Positions 35,101 to 49,148 of a DNA stretch of 64,000 nt are shown in pieces. The notes below the pieces were generated by a model. That model saw nothing but the letters and a program-made list of their open reading frames with translations. It made no database searches and was not told the DNA's origin. The position numbers were made by a program, and so were the translations under genes. The first letter of the stretch is position 1. Each line of letters begins with the position of its first letter. The stretch comes from Neodothiora populina (taxonomy: Eukaryota), in the NCBI RefSeq assembly GCF_041146345.1, contig NW_027191408.1, forward strand, positions 372,001-436,000. Reading direction: 5' to 3'.

Positions 35101-38100
35101 GGCCGCACCGGCGGTCGTTCAACCTCCGATTTCATCAGCGTTGTAGCCAGATTCTTGTCAGGCTACCTTGGTCATTCGAAGACGTATACCCCATTCATCG
35201 AGCAGGGCGGTGCTGAGCTACTGCTTGATCTCGCGATGGCCCCTTGCAATCCTTACAATTTCCACGATCTTTCGACGTCTGAGGAGCTCTCTCGGGTGAT
35301 ACAAATTGTAGTGACGGAGAAGCCTCACCTCATACTGCCCTCGCTCCTTCGGCGCATCCGGCTTTCGTTGAGCCAGCTTCAGCCCTTGGTGAACTTCCCA
35401 CGAGACCGAGCTTACTTTAGAGAGTTCACTGTCCCTGGCTCAAGACAAGAATCTTCGGCCGAGACACGGGTGATGGAAAACAACGGAACCTATACTGTCA
35501 AAGCAATGGTAACCACACAGGTACTGGTCGCTATTCTCTCGGACGTTTTGTCCACGCAGAGCTTCTATGACAATCGTCATCGAGCCCAGAACATGCTATC
35601 TTTGGTCAATTTATCAGACTACTATACCAATATCATAGACTCACTGGCGGAGCTTCATTCCGCGTGTATATGGGAGGAGATCATGATGCAGAACACTATG
35701 CTGGACGACTGGAGAGAAGAGACTCGTGTCAAAGGCATGGGTTACGACAACACCGAAGCCAACAAGGTCATGGGACTAGATCTGGATCGAGACGCTGGCC
35801 ACGCGCAATCTAGCTCGACAGCAACGTCCGAAAGCCCAAACAAGGACAAGGAGTCAGAAAAGGAGACCATGCGTCGTCGCGCTGAGTTCAAAAACACCCA
35901 GATCCTTACGCATCTCCTGAGCCAGATACCTGTAGGCATAGCTTCGTTCTTCCAAGCTGTGGGAAAGGCCTTGTTGACAAAGTCCCGCATCAATATGAAC
36001 ATGGACGCTTGGCACAAACAAAGTGCCTATATCCTTGCAGAGCATTTGGCTGCTGCATCGGTGAATCAGCTCAAGAAACGTCAGCTGGACAGTACTCGTC
36101 AGCTTGATGCGCTCGCTTATGATATCGTCGTTCTCTCTTCCATCATGCAAATGCTCATTGATAAACGAACAGGTCGCAGCAGCTCTCAAACAGCAGAAAT
36201 CCTGACGCTGATCCTCAAGAAATTCGTCGAGAAAGGCGGCCTCGTCGTGCTGGAGGAGCGTCTGTTGACCTACCGCAATCTGATTCAGGAACACAGGGAT
36301 GCTTCGAAGGACAAGCTACCCAATGATCAATTGTCTTCCTCAGAGCGTGTTCATGCTCTTGCCCTCGCCGCCACAAACCTGATTCTTGATTTCTATACCA
36401 AGATCACCCAAGCGAAGAACATCAGTGAATCCGCACAGTCATCAGCTGTGTCGGATCCTCGACGTGATCGTGCTGACTTCTTTATTCCACCTCAGTTCAT
36501 CGTTGAGCTTCGTCATGCAATCATGCCTACTATCGTTGACATGTGGAGATCTCCAGTCATGCTCACTTTGCCCACTCCAACCGTGAAGGATGTCATTGAT
36601 CTGCTTCGATTGACTTTAGAAGGCGAAGGAGAAACATCCGCCCTTCGACTCAACGATCATCTGATGAAGCGAATCCCCGGCGAGAGGAGAAAATTCAAGA
36701 TCAAGCGCGAATTACTCACCACGTACGTCACGGAAGGATTCGACCAAAGTACAGCAATAGAGGCACTTTACCGCTGTAACAACAACGTCAACTCTTCTCG
36801 CGAGTACTGCAACTTCAGGAAGAGGCTGCAAAACACGGCAGATGCTGTGGTTCTGACCTTCCCACCTCGTGAGGACGACTTAGAAGACCAAGCCTCAGGC
36901 GCAGCTCGTGGTTCGGTAGATGCCTCTGCGACAGATAACTCACGCCCAGACCAGCCAGGCAGTTTGCCTCAGATTCCTTCCGTTGACATGCAAGATGCGT
37001 ACGACGTGGCATCGGGCAGTCAGGAGAACAACGCCATCGACAACGACATGCTGGCCGATCTGGGACAAGGCAATCAGCGTGATCTTCCTCAAGACATGAT
37101 CGGCGCTGGCATCGCGCATGTACTCTCCCAGGCTCTTGGTGGGGGCATGGCAGGTACAGACGACCTGATGAGAAATCTCCCGATTGGTGGGAATCGCAGA
37201 ATATCTGAAGATACCTCGAGGCCGAAAGACGTCGAAAGTGAAGAGCCGTATGTCACTGTAGAGGACCTTGACGAGAAGCGCGAAGATCTTCGTGATGGTC
37301 TGATCGATCGCTGTCTGGACATCTTGAATACCCACACCGAGGTCACATTCGAGCTGTCGGATCTAATAAGCTCGGCTGTAGCCAAAGTCTCTGACAGCGA
37401 ATCCCAGAGAGCTGAGATCGGCCAGACGCTAGTCAATTCGCTTATCTCTCTGCAGCCCAGCGAGGATGCAGAACCCGAGGGCAAGAAAATTGCTTCGTAC
37501 GCACATCTTCTCGCTTTGGTCCTCTCACAGCGTGAATTCTTCGAGGCAAGCTTTTGGGCGTTGAAAGACAACTTTGAGCTACTCATGGGATTTGTCAAGA
37601 TGCACCCTGGCTCGAAAGGCGAAGAGACCTCGCAATGGATCGGGAGTGTCTTGGCAGTCATCGAGCTTGTCCTTGCCGAAGACGAACAACCCCAGCAGAT
37701 CCAGTGGACGACACCAGACTACAAGAAGCCGTTCGAAGAGCAGCCTATTGCAGAGCTCAAAGAACCAAATGTCAGCGCTGAGGCAAAGTCCGATCTTTTC
37801 GACGCTCTTGTGGAGTTGCTCCCCAAAATCGGCAGAGATTCCGACCTCGCGGTTGCAGTCGTTCGTGTACTTGTATTCCTTACCCGTCGCCGCCCGTTGG
37901 CAATGAGACTAAGCGAGAAGAGATCAATGACGCGTCTTTTTTCCATGATGAAGCAACTCGCTGCCTTTGCTCACGAGAGGCTACAGGTCGATTTCATGGT
38001 GCTTCTCCGTCACATTATGGAAGATGAAGAAACCATCCGGCAAACAATGCGTACTGAGATCCAGGCTCTGTTCAAAAACAACCAATCGCAACGGCCACTG

Positions 38101-41100
38101 GATACCACCGCTTATGTTCGTAGCCTCGGACCGATCGCCCTTCGCAACACCGAGCTTTTCGTTGAGATCACCAATGAGAAGGTACAATTGGCCAAGTGGG
38201 AGCCAAATCGTGGACCTCAACCATTGGCCCTCAAGCGGGATGAGAGGAGCTCAGAGGAACAAAGCAAGTCAACCGACACGGCAGAGCAGACAGGACAGAC
38301 AGAACAAAATATGTCTGATGAGCCAAGTGGTACAGGACCTGACCGACCGACTATCGAACGAACGAAGACGTCTGAGCTCAAAGCTCCCGTGGTTGAGAAT
38401 CCCGACGGTGTCATCCAGTATCTTCTTGGCGAGCTGTCCAAATACAAGGATGTTGAAGACAAGGACCAACCGGCGGAGGAGCCAGAGACGTCGAAACAGC
38501 CGTCTGAGCCTACCACAACGGGCGACGTCGATATGTCTGACTCTACACCAGCTGCTTCGTCTGAAGCTACACCAGCTCCTGAGTCACAAGAGCAACAGCC
38601 TCAAGTCAAGCCGGGCGACAAGGACAAAGTCCTGAAACTCGAACAACATCCGATCTATGTATACAGATGTTTCATCATGGCCTGTCTGACAGAGCTGCTT
38701 GCAAGCTACAACAGATGCAAAGTTGAGTTCATCAACTACTCACGCAAGGCGGACTACCAAGCCTCCACCCCTTCAAAGCCGCGCTCTGGCCTTCTCAATT
38801 ATCTTTTATACAATCTCGTACCTACTGGCGGTCTCAGCCATGCGTCCGATGTTACCTCCGTCAAACGCGAAACGACTTCTTTCTGGGCATGCTCTGTGCT
38901 TGTCTCTCTGACAGCAAAAACCAATGAGAAGAGCATTTCCTTCGCCTCGTCGGCTACCGGCGATGAGGAACCTGACCTCATCTACGTCCGCAAGTTCGTG
39001 CTCGAACATGCGCTGAGAGCATACAAAGATGCTACAGGCTCCGCCGAACCTCTCGACCACAAGTACGCCAGATTGTTGAGCTTAAGTGACCTTTTCAATA
39101 GGATGCTGACAGGCAAGCCTGTTGGTGGCACCAACGCATACTACATGGATATGCTCACGGCTTCACAAAAGCACCTTGGTCGTCTCATGTATGAGAAGAA
39201 CTTCATCTCCGCTTTAACCGCCTCGATCGCAGAAATTGACCTGAACTTCCCTGGAGCTAAGCGAGCTATCAAGTATATACTTCGCCCCATGAAATGGCTC
39301 ACAGACATCGGAGTCACGTTAAGTACCTCCTCAGAATACTCAAGCAGTGGTCCTACTACCACCGAAGAGGATGAGATCTCTTCAGCCACTTCCGTCAGTA
39401 GCGATGACCAAGAACGTGAAGAGACACCAGACCTCTTCCGCAACTCAACCCTTGGTCTTTATGAAACTCGCGATGAGGATGACGACGAAGAAGAGGACGA
39501 TGACGAGGAGGAGGACTACTATGGCGAAGATTATGATGAGGAGATGGACTATGAAGAAGATCCCGGTCCCGATGTCCATGAGGGAGATGTCATCAGCGAT
39601 GCAGAGGATGAGGACATTGATGGCATGGGCGAAATAGAGGGCCTGCCTGGCGACGTCCCCATGGAGCTTGAGCTGGAGATGGCTGATGGTGACGACGAAA
39701 GCGGAGACGAAGACGACTCGGATATGGATGAGGACGATGACGATGACGACGATGAAGACGATGATGAAATCGAGATCATCGACGAACTCACTGGAGATGA
39801 CGAGAACGGGTCCATGGAAGAAGACGACGACGACGATGAGGACGAAATCGAGTGGGAGGACGATGTCGGCGACGAGTATGACGACCACGACCATCTTGAC
39901 GCTAGCGGCTCACCACACGGTGGACCGCTCGAGCACATGGTCCGCGTCCTCGATGGGGACGATCGATCAGATGTTATGGATCAATTTGACAGTGAGAACC
40001 CCACAAGTCACCTGATCAACATGGGTGGCGAGCAATACTTCGAAGACGAAATGGGTGACGAGGACGGTAAGATGATCTCTTACAAGACCCTAATAGCACA
40101 AACTAATATTTTGATAGATGATCAGGACGAGGAAGACTACGACGAAGAGGAAGTTATCTACGAGCCTGAGATAGAAGGTGAGTTTCACGACCTACAGCGA
40201 AGTACGGGGTTTGCAGGCCGGGCTCTTCAACAAGACCTCCTACGGGACCTCGAACACTCCCATCAAGCCCTGCGAGATGCTCGTGATCAACTTCGTCGAC
40301 AGCACAACCGCTTACTCGGATTAGATGACGAAATCGACAACGAAGGCGCGGGTTGGGGATGGGAAGATACCATGCCACCCGGCGCAACATTACGCAATCA
40401 TCTCCACCACCACGGCCATAGAAATCCTTTCACCGTGGCTATTGGTGATGATATTTTCGGTATGTACAAGCCGCGATAGATAATATACGCATATGTATTA
40501 ACAGATTCGCAGCACCAAGTCGATCACATGCTCGCTCGGGAGCTGGTGGTCGTGGCAACGAAGATGGCGTTAACCCATTGCTGCAACGTACCGGCAGAAA
40601 TGTTCAGTCCAACCGCTTCCGTCAAGATCCTATGAATGACTGGATGTATGATGGTCCTCCCCATCGTGGCGTTCCAGGATCTCGCGATGGGCTATCGTTC
40701 GTCAGTGATCTTATACAGATGGTCGGTCCTCGCGGCGGTCGGATCAATATTGTCGACGGCTCCGGCGGTGCATTCAACTTTGCAGGCGGCGTAGCACCCA
40801 TCTTCCATATCACTGGTGGACCAGGAGGCCCTGCGCTTCGTATGCCAGGAGGCAACCTCCGACCCCCGTCGCTTTCCCGATTCGCAAACTTCTTCGGGGG
40901 TAGAGGTGGCTCCAGCCGCCTTGAACAACATGGTCATCCTCAACATAGCAACGACCCCAGTGGTACGATAGCCTTCACGCCCACAATGACACCAGAACGC
41001 TGGAGAGACGAAACCAAAGTTATATATGGCACTGCGTACGTCGACAAGGCTCTTCGCATCGTCAACTCTATTTTGAGGCTCTTAGTACCACCGGCACAGG

Positions 41101-44100
41101 AAGCCAAACGTCAGCGGGACAAGGTTGAAGCTGAACGTAGAGCCGCCGAAGAAAAGGCAAAGGAGGAAGCTCGCAAGAAGGAAGAGGCTGAAAGAGCAGA
41201 GCGCGAAGAACGCGAGAGGAAAGAGAGAGAAGAGCAAGAGGCCAGAGAGCGAGCCGAGGCCGAAGCAGCTGCCGCTGATCGTGCTAAGAGAGGTGAGCCA
41301 GAGCCGACAGACGAGAGCATGGAAGGTGTGGAGGCCGAATCCTCTGTGGAGGCAGCGGCCCTCGCCGGCGAAAGAACTATGATCACCATCAGGGGTCGAG
41401 AGCTGGATATTACCCACCTGGGTATTGACCGCGAGTATCTCGACGCCCTTCCTGAAGATATGCGTGAGGAAGTCATCATGCAACAGTTCGCAGAACAGCG
41501 CTCGCAAGAAGCGGAAGCTGGCGAGCAAGCAAGCGAGATCAGCCGCGAATTCCTCGACGCTCTTCCAACAGAGATTCAACAAGAGCTCCTTCGGTCCGAG
41601 GCTGCTGACCGTCGCCGACGAGAACGGGATGAGGCTCGCCGCAGAGCTGCCGCAAGTGGCGCCGCTCCTGCTACTGCTGCTAGTGGTGCTGGCGAGATGG
41701 ACAACGCGGATTTCTTCGCCACGTTACCCCCAAGTCTCCGACAAAACATACTCATGGAAGCCGACGACGCCATGCTTGCGACTATACCTGAAGAGTTTGC
41801 GTCCGAGGCTCGAGCTATTCTTGGCGATCGCCGCCAAAGACGTGAGGCTCATGAGAGACGTCACAGCGACCGACGAGCTCCACCAGATACGGCTGATGCC
41901 CCTCAAGAGCATCACGCGCGCAGACCGGTGGCTCAAATGCTTGACAAATCTGGCGTTGCAACACTGCTGCGACTGATGTTCATTACTCTGCAAGGCAGTG
42001 CTCGAAATTCTATGCATGGTGTGCTCTCCGACATTTGCAAGAACACTCAGAACCGTGCAGAGGTCATCAGTGTACTTCTGCAGATCCTACAGGACGGTAG
42101 CGCCGATGCAGGTGCTCTTGAGAAGAGCTTCGCACAGCTGAACTTCCGCGCCAAGCAGATATCGAATTCTGACAAGACACCAAAGTCTATCAAGCGTACT
42201 CAGACAACTCAGCAATTGACTCCGCCAAACACCGACATCTCGCCCCTCATGATCGTGCAGCAATGTCTCTCGACTCTTACCGCTCTTTCACAGGACAACC
42301 CACGGGTCAGCTCCTTCTTCCTTTCTGAGCATGAGACGAGCATCAGTCAGAGACTCAAGCAAAGCAAGAAGGGTAAAGCCAAGGAGAGCAAGTCTTCTAA
42401 GTACCCTCTCAACGCCTTACTTACACTTCTCGATCGCAAGACCATCATCGAGAACTCCGCCGTCATGGAACATCTTGCTGCATTATTGATCAAGGTCACT
42501 GAGCCACTCAAGATCCTTCTCAAGAAGGCCAAGGAAGCAGAAAAGGAGAAGGCTGCCAAGAGTCTTGAGTCTGTATCTGCTCCCGACAACGCAAACACCG
42601 ATGCAGAAGCGGCTCCAGCCGACGGCCAGCAAGACAAGCCAGCTGAGTCGGAGAGCAAGCCTGAAGAGAAGAAGAAACATCGCGAGCTTACACCGCCTGA
42701 GGTGCCCGAGGAGAACCTCCGACTAGTTGTAAACATCATTGCAGCTCGCGAGTGTAACTCCAAGACCTTCCAGAGCACATTGGAGATCATCAACCACCTG
42801 TCAGCTATTCCAGGGGCGAAGGACACCTTCGGTCGTGAACTTGTTCACCGTGCCCAGCAGCTCGGTGAAGCTGTTCTGGAAGATTTAAAGAAGCTGCATC
42901 CTCAAATTCAGAGCGCGAAGACCGGTACCGACGTTCAAGGTGCTGCATTAGCCAGTTTCTCGCCAGCCAGCTCGCACCAGACCAAGCTATTACGAGTCTT
43001 GCTGGCGTTGGACTACCTGTTCGACCCCAAGCATGCCGGAACGCTGGACAGACCACTGTCTTCGGGTGAGGCTCTCGCCCCTCAAGCTAGAGAAGACCTT
43101 CTGTCCTCCCTTTACGAGACATCCACATTCATCAACTTGTGGTCAAATCTCAGCAATTGCTTGACGGCGATTCGACAACGCGGCAATATGAGCAACGTGG
43201 CTACTATTCTTCAGCCTCTCATAGAGTCTTTCATGGTTGTGTGCAAGAACACCACGACCAAGGACATACCGCTTGTTGCCTCTCAGGAGCTTTTCGTGGG
43301 AACCCCACCGGCAGAGTCGCGCATCGAAAGCCTTTTCTTTAGTTTCACTGAAGATCACCGTAAGATCCTGAACGATCTTGTCCGCAATAACCCCAAGCTG
43401 CTGAATGGTACTTTCGATGTTCTTGCGAAGAACTCCAAGGTGCTCGAGTTCGACAACAAGCGCAACTACTTTAGCCGCAGGTTGCACGACCGTAAAGCAG
43501 AGGAGAGAGTTCCACACTCGACCATTCAGCTGAACATTCGCCGCGATCAGGTCTTCATGGACTCTTTCAAGCATCTATATTACAAATCTGCCAACGAGAT
43601 CAAGTATGGCAAGCTCAACATCCGCTTCCATGGTGAGGAGGGAGTTGATGCTGGTGGCGTCACTCGTGAATGGTTTGGTGCATTGTCGAGGCAAATGTTC
43701 AATCCGGACTATGCCCTCTTCAACCCTGTCGCGTCAGATCGCACAACTTTCCATCCGAATCCAATGTCCGACATCAACCCCGAGCATCTGCTCTTCTTCA
43801 AGTTCATCGGTCGCATAATTGGCAAAGCTCTCTACGAGGGTCGCGTCCTTGACTGTCACTTCAGCAGAGCAGTCTACAAGCGCATTCTGGGCAAGCCTGT
43901 CAACCTCAAGGATATGGAAACGCTCGACCTTGATTATTACAAATCGCTCTGCTGGATCCTCGAGAATGACATCACCGATGTTACTTTCGAGACATTCAGC
44001 TTAGAGGTTGACAAGTTCGGCGAGACCGAGATCATCGACCTTATCCCAGATGGACGCAATATCCCAGTGACTGAGGAAAACAAGGCTGAATACGTCAGGC

Positions 44101-44600
44101 ATGTTGTAGAGCAGAGGCTGACCAGGTCTGTCGAGTCTCAACTTGACAATTTCCTGCAAGGCTTCCACGAGATCATCCCCGCAGAGTTGGTCTCAATTTT
44201 CAGCGAACAGGAGCTTGAGCTGCTGATTTCTGGTCTGCCGGATATTGATGTGGACGACTGGAAGAACAATACCGAATACCACAACTACCAGCCTACATCT
44301 CCGCAGATCCAGTGGTTTTGGAGAGCAGTTCGTAGCTTCGACAAGGAAGAAAAGGCAAAGCTGCTACAGTTCGTGACCGGTACTTCCAAGGTACCCTTGA
44401 ACGGATTCAAGGAACTCGAGGGAATGAACGGCTTCTCAAGATTCAACATCCATCGTGATTTTGGAAACAAAGAGCGTCTCCCTTCGAGTCACACTTGCTT
44501 CAACCAGCTGGATCTGCCAGAGTACGACAGCTACGAGAACTTGAGACATGCAATGTACACTGCCATGACTCAGGGAAGCGAGTATTTTGGCTTTGCTTAA
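32181..44600 (+). CDS. TOM1: HECT E3 ubiquitin ligase Tom1/HUWE1 homologue (about 4000 aa). Introns 32229-32292, 40067-40117, 40178-40324, 40460-40512
   Basis: N-terminus MGRIKK..WPFPRGDLYHWIPTLNRFD, IHNEPTSY, an acidic tract, UBM-like repeats IDREYLDALPED and EFLDALP, and a C-terminal HECT domain ending LPSSHTCFNQLDLP..YFGFA. Confidence 0.96.
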
Positions 44601-46496
44601 GGTTGTGGGAAACAAGTCGGGTGCACCAAGGGTGAAATGATGAGGATGAAAAAAAGTTGAAACATGAGGCGCAAGTTCTTTCGAAACGGTCGGCATCATC
44701 TGTTGGGCTTTCGCGAGTGTGAATGACCGCAAAAGGGCGTACGCATAGTATAAATGGGTTTCTTATTCACTCCACATAATGCTCCTCTTCTGAGCAGCGT
44801 GGAGTGGTGGGCGTTAGTCGTACTAAACGAAAGTCAATACGGTTTTCGGTACGAGCATAGAAGTGGAAAGGATGGAAGTGTATGAGAGGAGACGGAAGTC
44901 GTTCCTTGCTCAGAGGAGAGGACACAGGAAAGTCGTGATAATTACCAGGGACATTGCATATATATGGCGTGCAGGCCAATACGTCTTGTCTCCTGTTCTT
45001 TTTGTAATCGACGATTGTCTCTCTTCTTTTTCTTCTAAGTTTTAGCGTTAGCCTGCTATTCCTAGGAATCCAGAAATTGAAAACTTCAGTCATCTCTTTC
45101 TTCTTTGCTACTAGGTGGAATTTGCTTGCAGTCTGTTCGTTGCATGATATTGGTTTTTCGTGGCAAAGGCCTACGCAGCGGGCAGAACCCCCAAGTGCTC
45201 GCAGACATCGAGGGCAACCCTGTTCATGCACACAAACATAACTACGGTAGGTACATAAAGCAATACCATACAAAGAATATCCCTCAGAGTCCATTTTGGT
45301 CTATTCATTGAACTCCATGTCTGCTTCCCAGTCGATTCTCTACGCCCTAGATCTCGTAACTTGGCTTGTATTGATATATCTGCAGTCTCGCTTCCTCATG
45401 GCGTTCAGCATTCATCGGTACTTGATGTCGGCCTATGATAGAGAGGGAACCTTCGTTAACTGAAAACCGAACTCGACGCAAAGATGTTGATATATGCAGA
45501 CACGCGATCTGAAAAGGAACGACGATATCGAACCTGCTTCTCTGGATCTCGCTACTGCACCGTCCCCTGACTTGTCCATTCATTGCCACTGGCACCTTTT
45601 GGAAACACAAGAAGTTCCTTCTTCATCGTTCACCCAACAATTGTGAGTATCACATCCACACTACATGATAAACGTGCGCGACAAGCCATGTAAACACGTC
45701 AGCCAGGCGACGACGTCCTGCAGTGCGATACTCGTGTTTCTGCGTTTGCACACCTGTTCCCGAACCCCCTTTTCGGGTACATGTCTCACTTCGCTCGGCA
45801 ACAAAAGCGAGATGGTCTGCCCAAGGAGACCTCTTTACGTTGGAGTATTGTCACGCAGTACTGTACATACTGTAGAGGTGCCAGAGGGATGAAGGCATGA
45901 AGCCGGCGTGGAGAGATCGTCCTATCGACTCTAGCTACTCACTTACTTACCTAAATCCATTTATCTTCATTATATTATGTGTAACGCATAACTATTACTC
46001 GCTAGTCACTCCCTGCTTGCTTTACACTGTCAACACGTCTTTTTGTTCTTCTACCCCTTCTCGGGTATGCATGCGCTGCGGAACAGTATTCTGACGGGCC
46101 TTCCTGGACGGCCCGAGAGGCAGATAACAATATGCCCTTCGAGAGTAGGAAGGTCCTTGGAGAATAGGAAGTCACGCATATGTCACTTGCGAGGATGAAT
46201 CTTCTTCACGGCGTATGAGAAAAACACAAGAAAGAACGGCTATGAAATGTATGTTTTTTACTACAGCAGCTATAGGCCTTGTGCCTCCTCCTGGGCCATC
46301 TTCCCTGCAGGTGAAGAGAGGCCGTAAACCAAAAGCCCAAGTAAAAGCCGCATGAGAAGAGAAGAAGGAACCCCAACGCCATGCTAATGAGTTTCTGCCA
46401 AAGGGTAAAAGTCCGAAAAAAGTACAGACAGACGTGGATATCATAGTCGATGTGCGAAAAAATAGAAAACAAAAAGGCGGCGTTCTCGGTCTTTCT

Positions 46497-47675
46497 TCAA
46501 GGAGCCTCGATGACGGCTCGGAGTAACCAGCTCTCCCACCACTTTCGGAGTCCGAGAACGGTAGCCACGCCGTCGTCACCACCCTCTGTGCCATCGGGGT
46601 CGCCGACGATGGCGGCAAAGATCCAGTAGATGGCCACCGTCCATGCAGCGAGAGCGACGCCCATGCTCAAGAAGGGTGAGAGCATAAGGTTGAGTACGAG
46701 ACTCGCCACACATTTGCCGATGACATTTTCAGTCGGGGCATAGATACAACGGAGCTGCAATCGCTGCGCTGATGTCAGGGTGGAGAGAATCTGTTCCCAC
46801 AGGGAATAGCGAGGCTTTGTGCAGAGGCGGAAGGGGGCAACCAGTAAGATGCCAAAAGCGGCGATGAGGGACCAGAGGCAAAGAACGAAAGATAGAGCAG
46901 CACAAGGTGCGGAGAGGAACAGCTGAGACAAGATATTAGTCTGATGGAAATGTGATGAGAGGAAAATATAATAACATACCAGGATCTTGAGAGCCTTTGA
47001 CTCCAGCAAGCGTCTCTGTTCCAGCATCTCATCCTCGTCCATCTCCGACCGTATGCTGCCTTGGTCGAGGGGAAGACTTGCACGATGCGCCGAAGGAGGA
47101 CCCGTTTGGGACAACAGGAGGGGTTGCTGTCTTTGAGCCATCTCCCGTTTACTACTTCTCCTGGAATCACCTGACTGAACAGGTATGTTTGAATTCCGGG
47201 AAGGGGCCACGATGGCCCCCTTTTCCAAGTCGATGGTATCGACGGTTCTGCTTGTCATGACAGAACTATGTCCTGCAGAAGACACTGACGTTCCTGGGAC
47301 AGAGGCCCGCGACGGCAGACCCGACGGCGAGCGCGATTGCACTGGTGTGTGTTGTGGAGGTGAATACTGCGACTGTGCGTATTGCGATTGGGACTGATGT
47401 GTTGTCCAATAGGATTGCATATAGTCATGCTTCTCACTGAAGGGTTGATATTCGACTTCGTTGCTGTATCTTGGCCTTGAATATGATGGCATGTACTGCT
47501 GCAATTGTGCAGCTGGCGGGGGCTGTAAAGGAAGTTGCTGCTGGTGGGGTATCGACGACAGCCCTTTCTGAGAGAGGGAGTGACGAGGAGGGTCCGACGC
47601 TGCTATAGGTGCGGCATAACCATAACCATTCTGGGCTGCTGGGACTGCTTGGACTGCCGATCGGGGAAGATCCAT
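46497..47675 (-). CDS. Uncharacterised membrane protein with a disordered Q/S/P-rich N-terminus and two C-terminal hydrophobic segments. Intron 46979-46923
   Basis: 392-aa ORF containing an in-frame GTATGT..CTAAT..CAG intron; hydrophobic helices followed by GDPDG..DDG..WWESWL. Confidence 0.7.
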   Translation of the reverse strand: MDLPRSAVQAVPAAQNGYGYAAPIAASDPPRHSLSQKGLSSIPHQQQLPLQPPPAAQLQQYMPSYSRPRYSNEVEYQPFSEKHDYMQSYWTTHQSQSQYAQSQYSPPQHTPVQSRSPSGLPSRASVPGTSVSSAGHSSVMTSRTVDTIDLEKGAIVAPSRNSNIPVQSGDSRRSSKREMAQRQQPLLLSQTGPPSAHRASLPLDQGSIRSEMDEDEMLEQRRLLESKALKILVCYYIFLSSHFHQTNILSQLFLSAPCAALSFVLCLWSLIAAFGILLVAPFRLCTKPRYSLWEQILSTLTSAQRLQLRCIYAPTENVIGKCVASLVLNLMLSPFLSMGVALAAWTVAIYWIFAAIVGDPDGTEGGDDGVATVLGLRKWWESWLLRAVIEAP

Positions 47676-48136
47676 GCCATATAATTTTTCTCAAATACCA
47701 CAATCGCTTGCTTTCTTCGACCCTGTCGATAGATACTGTACTGTGCCTGCTGTACGTGTTGTACACTTGTTCACGGCACTACTGTTGCATGGCTGGCAGG
47801 ACAGAGACGATGGAGTCCAGGGCTGTCGGGGTGAGATGCGTTGATGGTATAAGAAGACCCGGTGAGCGACTCACGGCCATCATGACAACCCCCAAGAGAT
47901 CCAAGATTCCAAGAGATCCAAGAAGGTCCAAGAGAGCAGCGGAAAAGGGCCATCTTACGGCGAGTGATGCCAATGCCAATAACGTACGAAACCTCGAGGT
48001 CAAGACATTGGCATAGTGCCAAGTACTTGGCGGTCCAATTAGCAGCCTGCGGTAAGGTAATGCAATGCCTCTAGTTTCCGTACTGAACTCTCCGCGTCGC
48101 CCATGTTTGAGTGTGTATCTGTGTGTGATCTGGTGT

Positions 48137-48179
48137 CGAGCCGCCGAGATGCCGTAATCCTACCACTATACCAAGAAGA
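48137..48179 (-). pseudogene. Degenerate 5'-half copy of the neighbouring tRNA-Asp gene
   Basis: TCTTCTTGGTATAGTGGTAGGATTACGGCATCTCGGCGGCTCG aligns by hand at 34/46 columns to 49149-49194, including the intron word CGGCTCG. The A-box is intact but there is no proper T-arm or acceptor stem. Confidence 0.5.
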
Positions 48180-49148
48180 TCAGACGTTGTTGAAGATCTT
48201 TTTTCCTCCTCGAACTTCCAAGTGTTATTGCCGGAAAGCCGTGGCGCCCAGACCGTTGCCCCGTACCTGTTTGTGTACCTGAGAGGGAGGAGATTCCACC
48301 AGAGGAGATGCCAAGGGCGTGTGCCCCGACGCGGGGTTTCTCCTTACACAGTTACTGTGTCAAGTGCAAGTATTGCCTGAGAGCGACACCTGAGAGCTGA
48401 GTAAGGTAGAGGCAGTTCTGCTGCACTTGCGCTGCCAAGCCCCACCTTCTTGCTGCACCTGGCACCTCGTTGTGTCGGTCTTGTCTCCGGGCCATGTCCG
48501 TTAAGGTGTGTTGGGTCTCCGCTCCACAGCTTCAGAATCCTCTCTTCCGCCGTGTGACACCGTAGGTAGCCAGCCGATGGAGCCGCCCAGAGTCTTGTGC
48601 GACATCAACGCCAGTTTCTTTGTTGCCTGCTAGTACCTAGTCTGCAGCTGAACCTAGATAGCAGCCAAGCAAAAGTTGGTGCTAGGTATCGTGTTCTGCT
48701 CAACGTCCAAGATACTTCCAAGATACCTATCACCGCTGTTTCTTGGTTGCTGTTGTGTAATATGTTTGTAATACTTTCACCTAGTCAGACCATACAGTAC
48801 CTACCAAGCCAACGGAAGGAACGGCAATAATGAATTTGGCTGAGCAAAGATAAATGTACTGCATGTACATTGGGCTCTGACATAGTACCCGCTCAGAGTA
48901 TGTCTTCAGTCCTGCTTGTGATCCGTAGTAGGCCGAAACCTTCGTTCATACCTCTGTTGGTGCGAATCCCGATCGTTGCCAGGTTCTGACAACAAACTTG
49001 CAGTATTCAGTCCTTCGCACAGTATCTTATTTGACCTCAGGTGCAGTACCTTAGCTACATGTACGGAATGGCTGGTCATGTTGTGACGTGATCTCGGGAA
49101 GAAAGTAATAAATATATACTCGTTGGTCTGGAAATTTGTTATATCTTG

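Noticed and set aside
40441..40578. Apparent break or frameshift splitting TOM1 into 2725-aa and 1340-aa ORFs
   Set aside because: Explained by the ordinary intron 40460-40512.
48137..48225. Possible permuted tRNA (GTTCGAG upstream of the A-box on the minus strand)
   Set aside because: No T-stem or acceptor-stem pairing can be formed.
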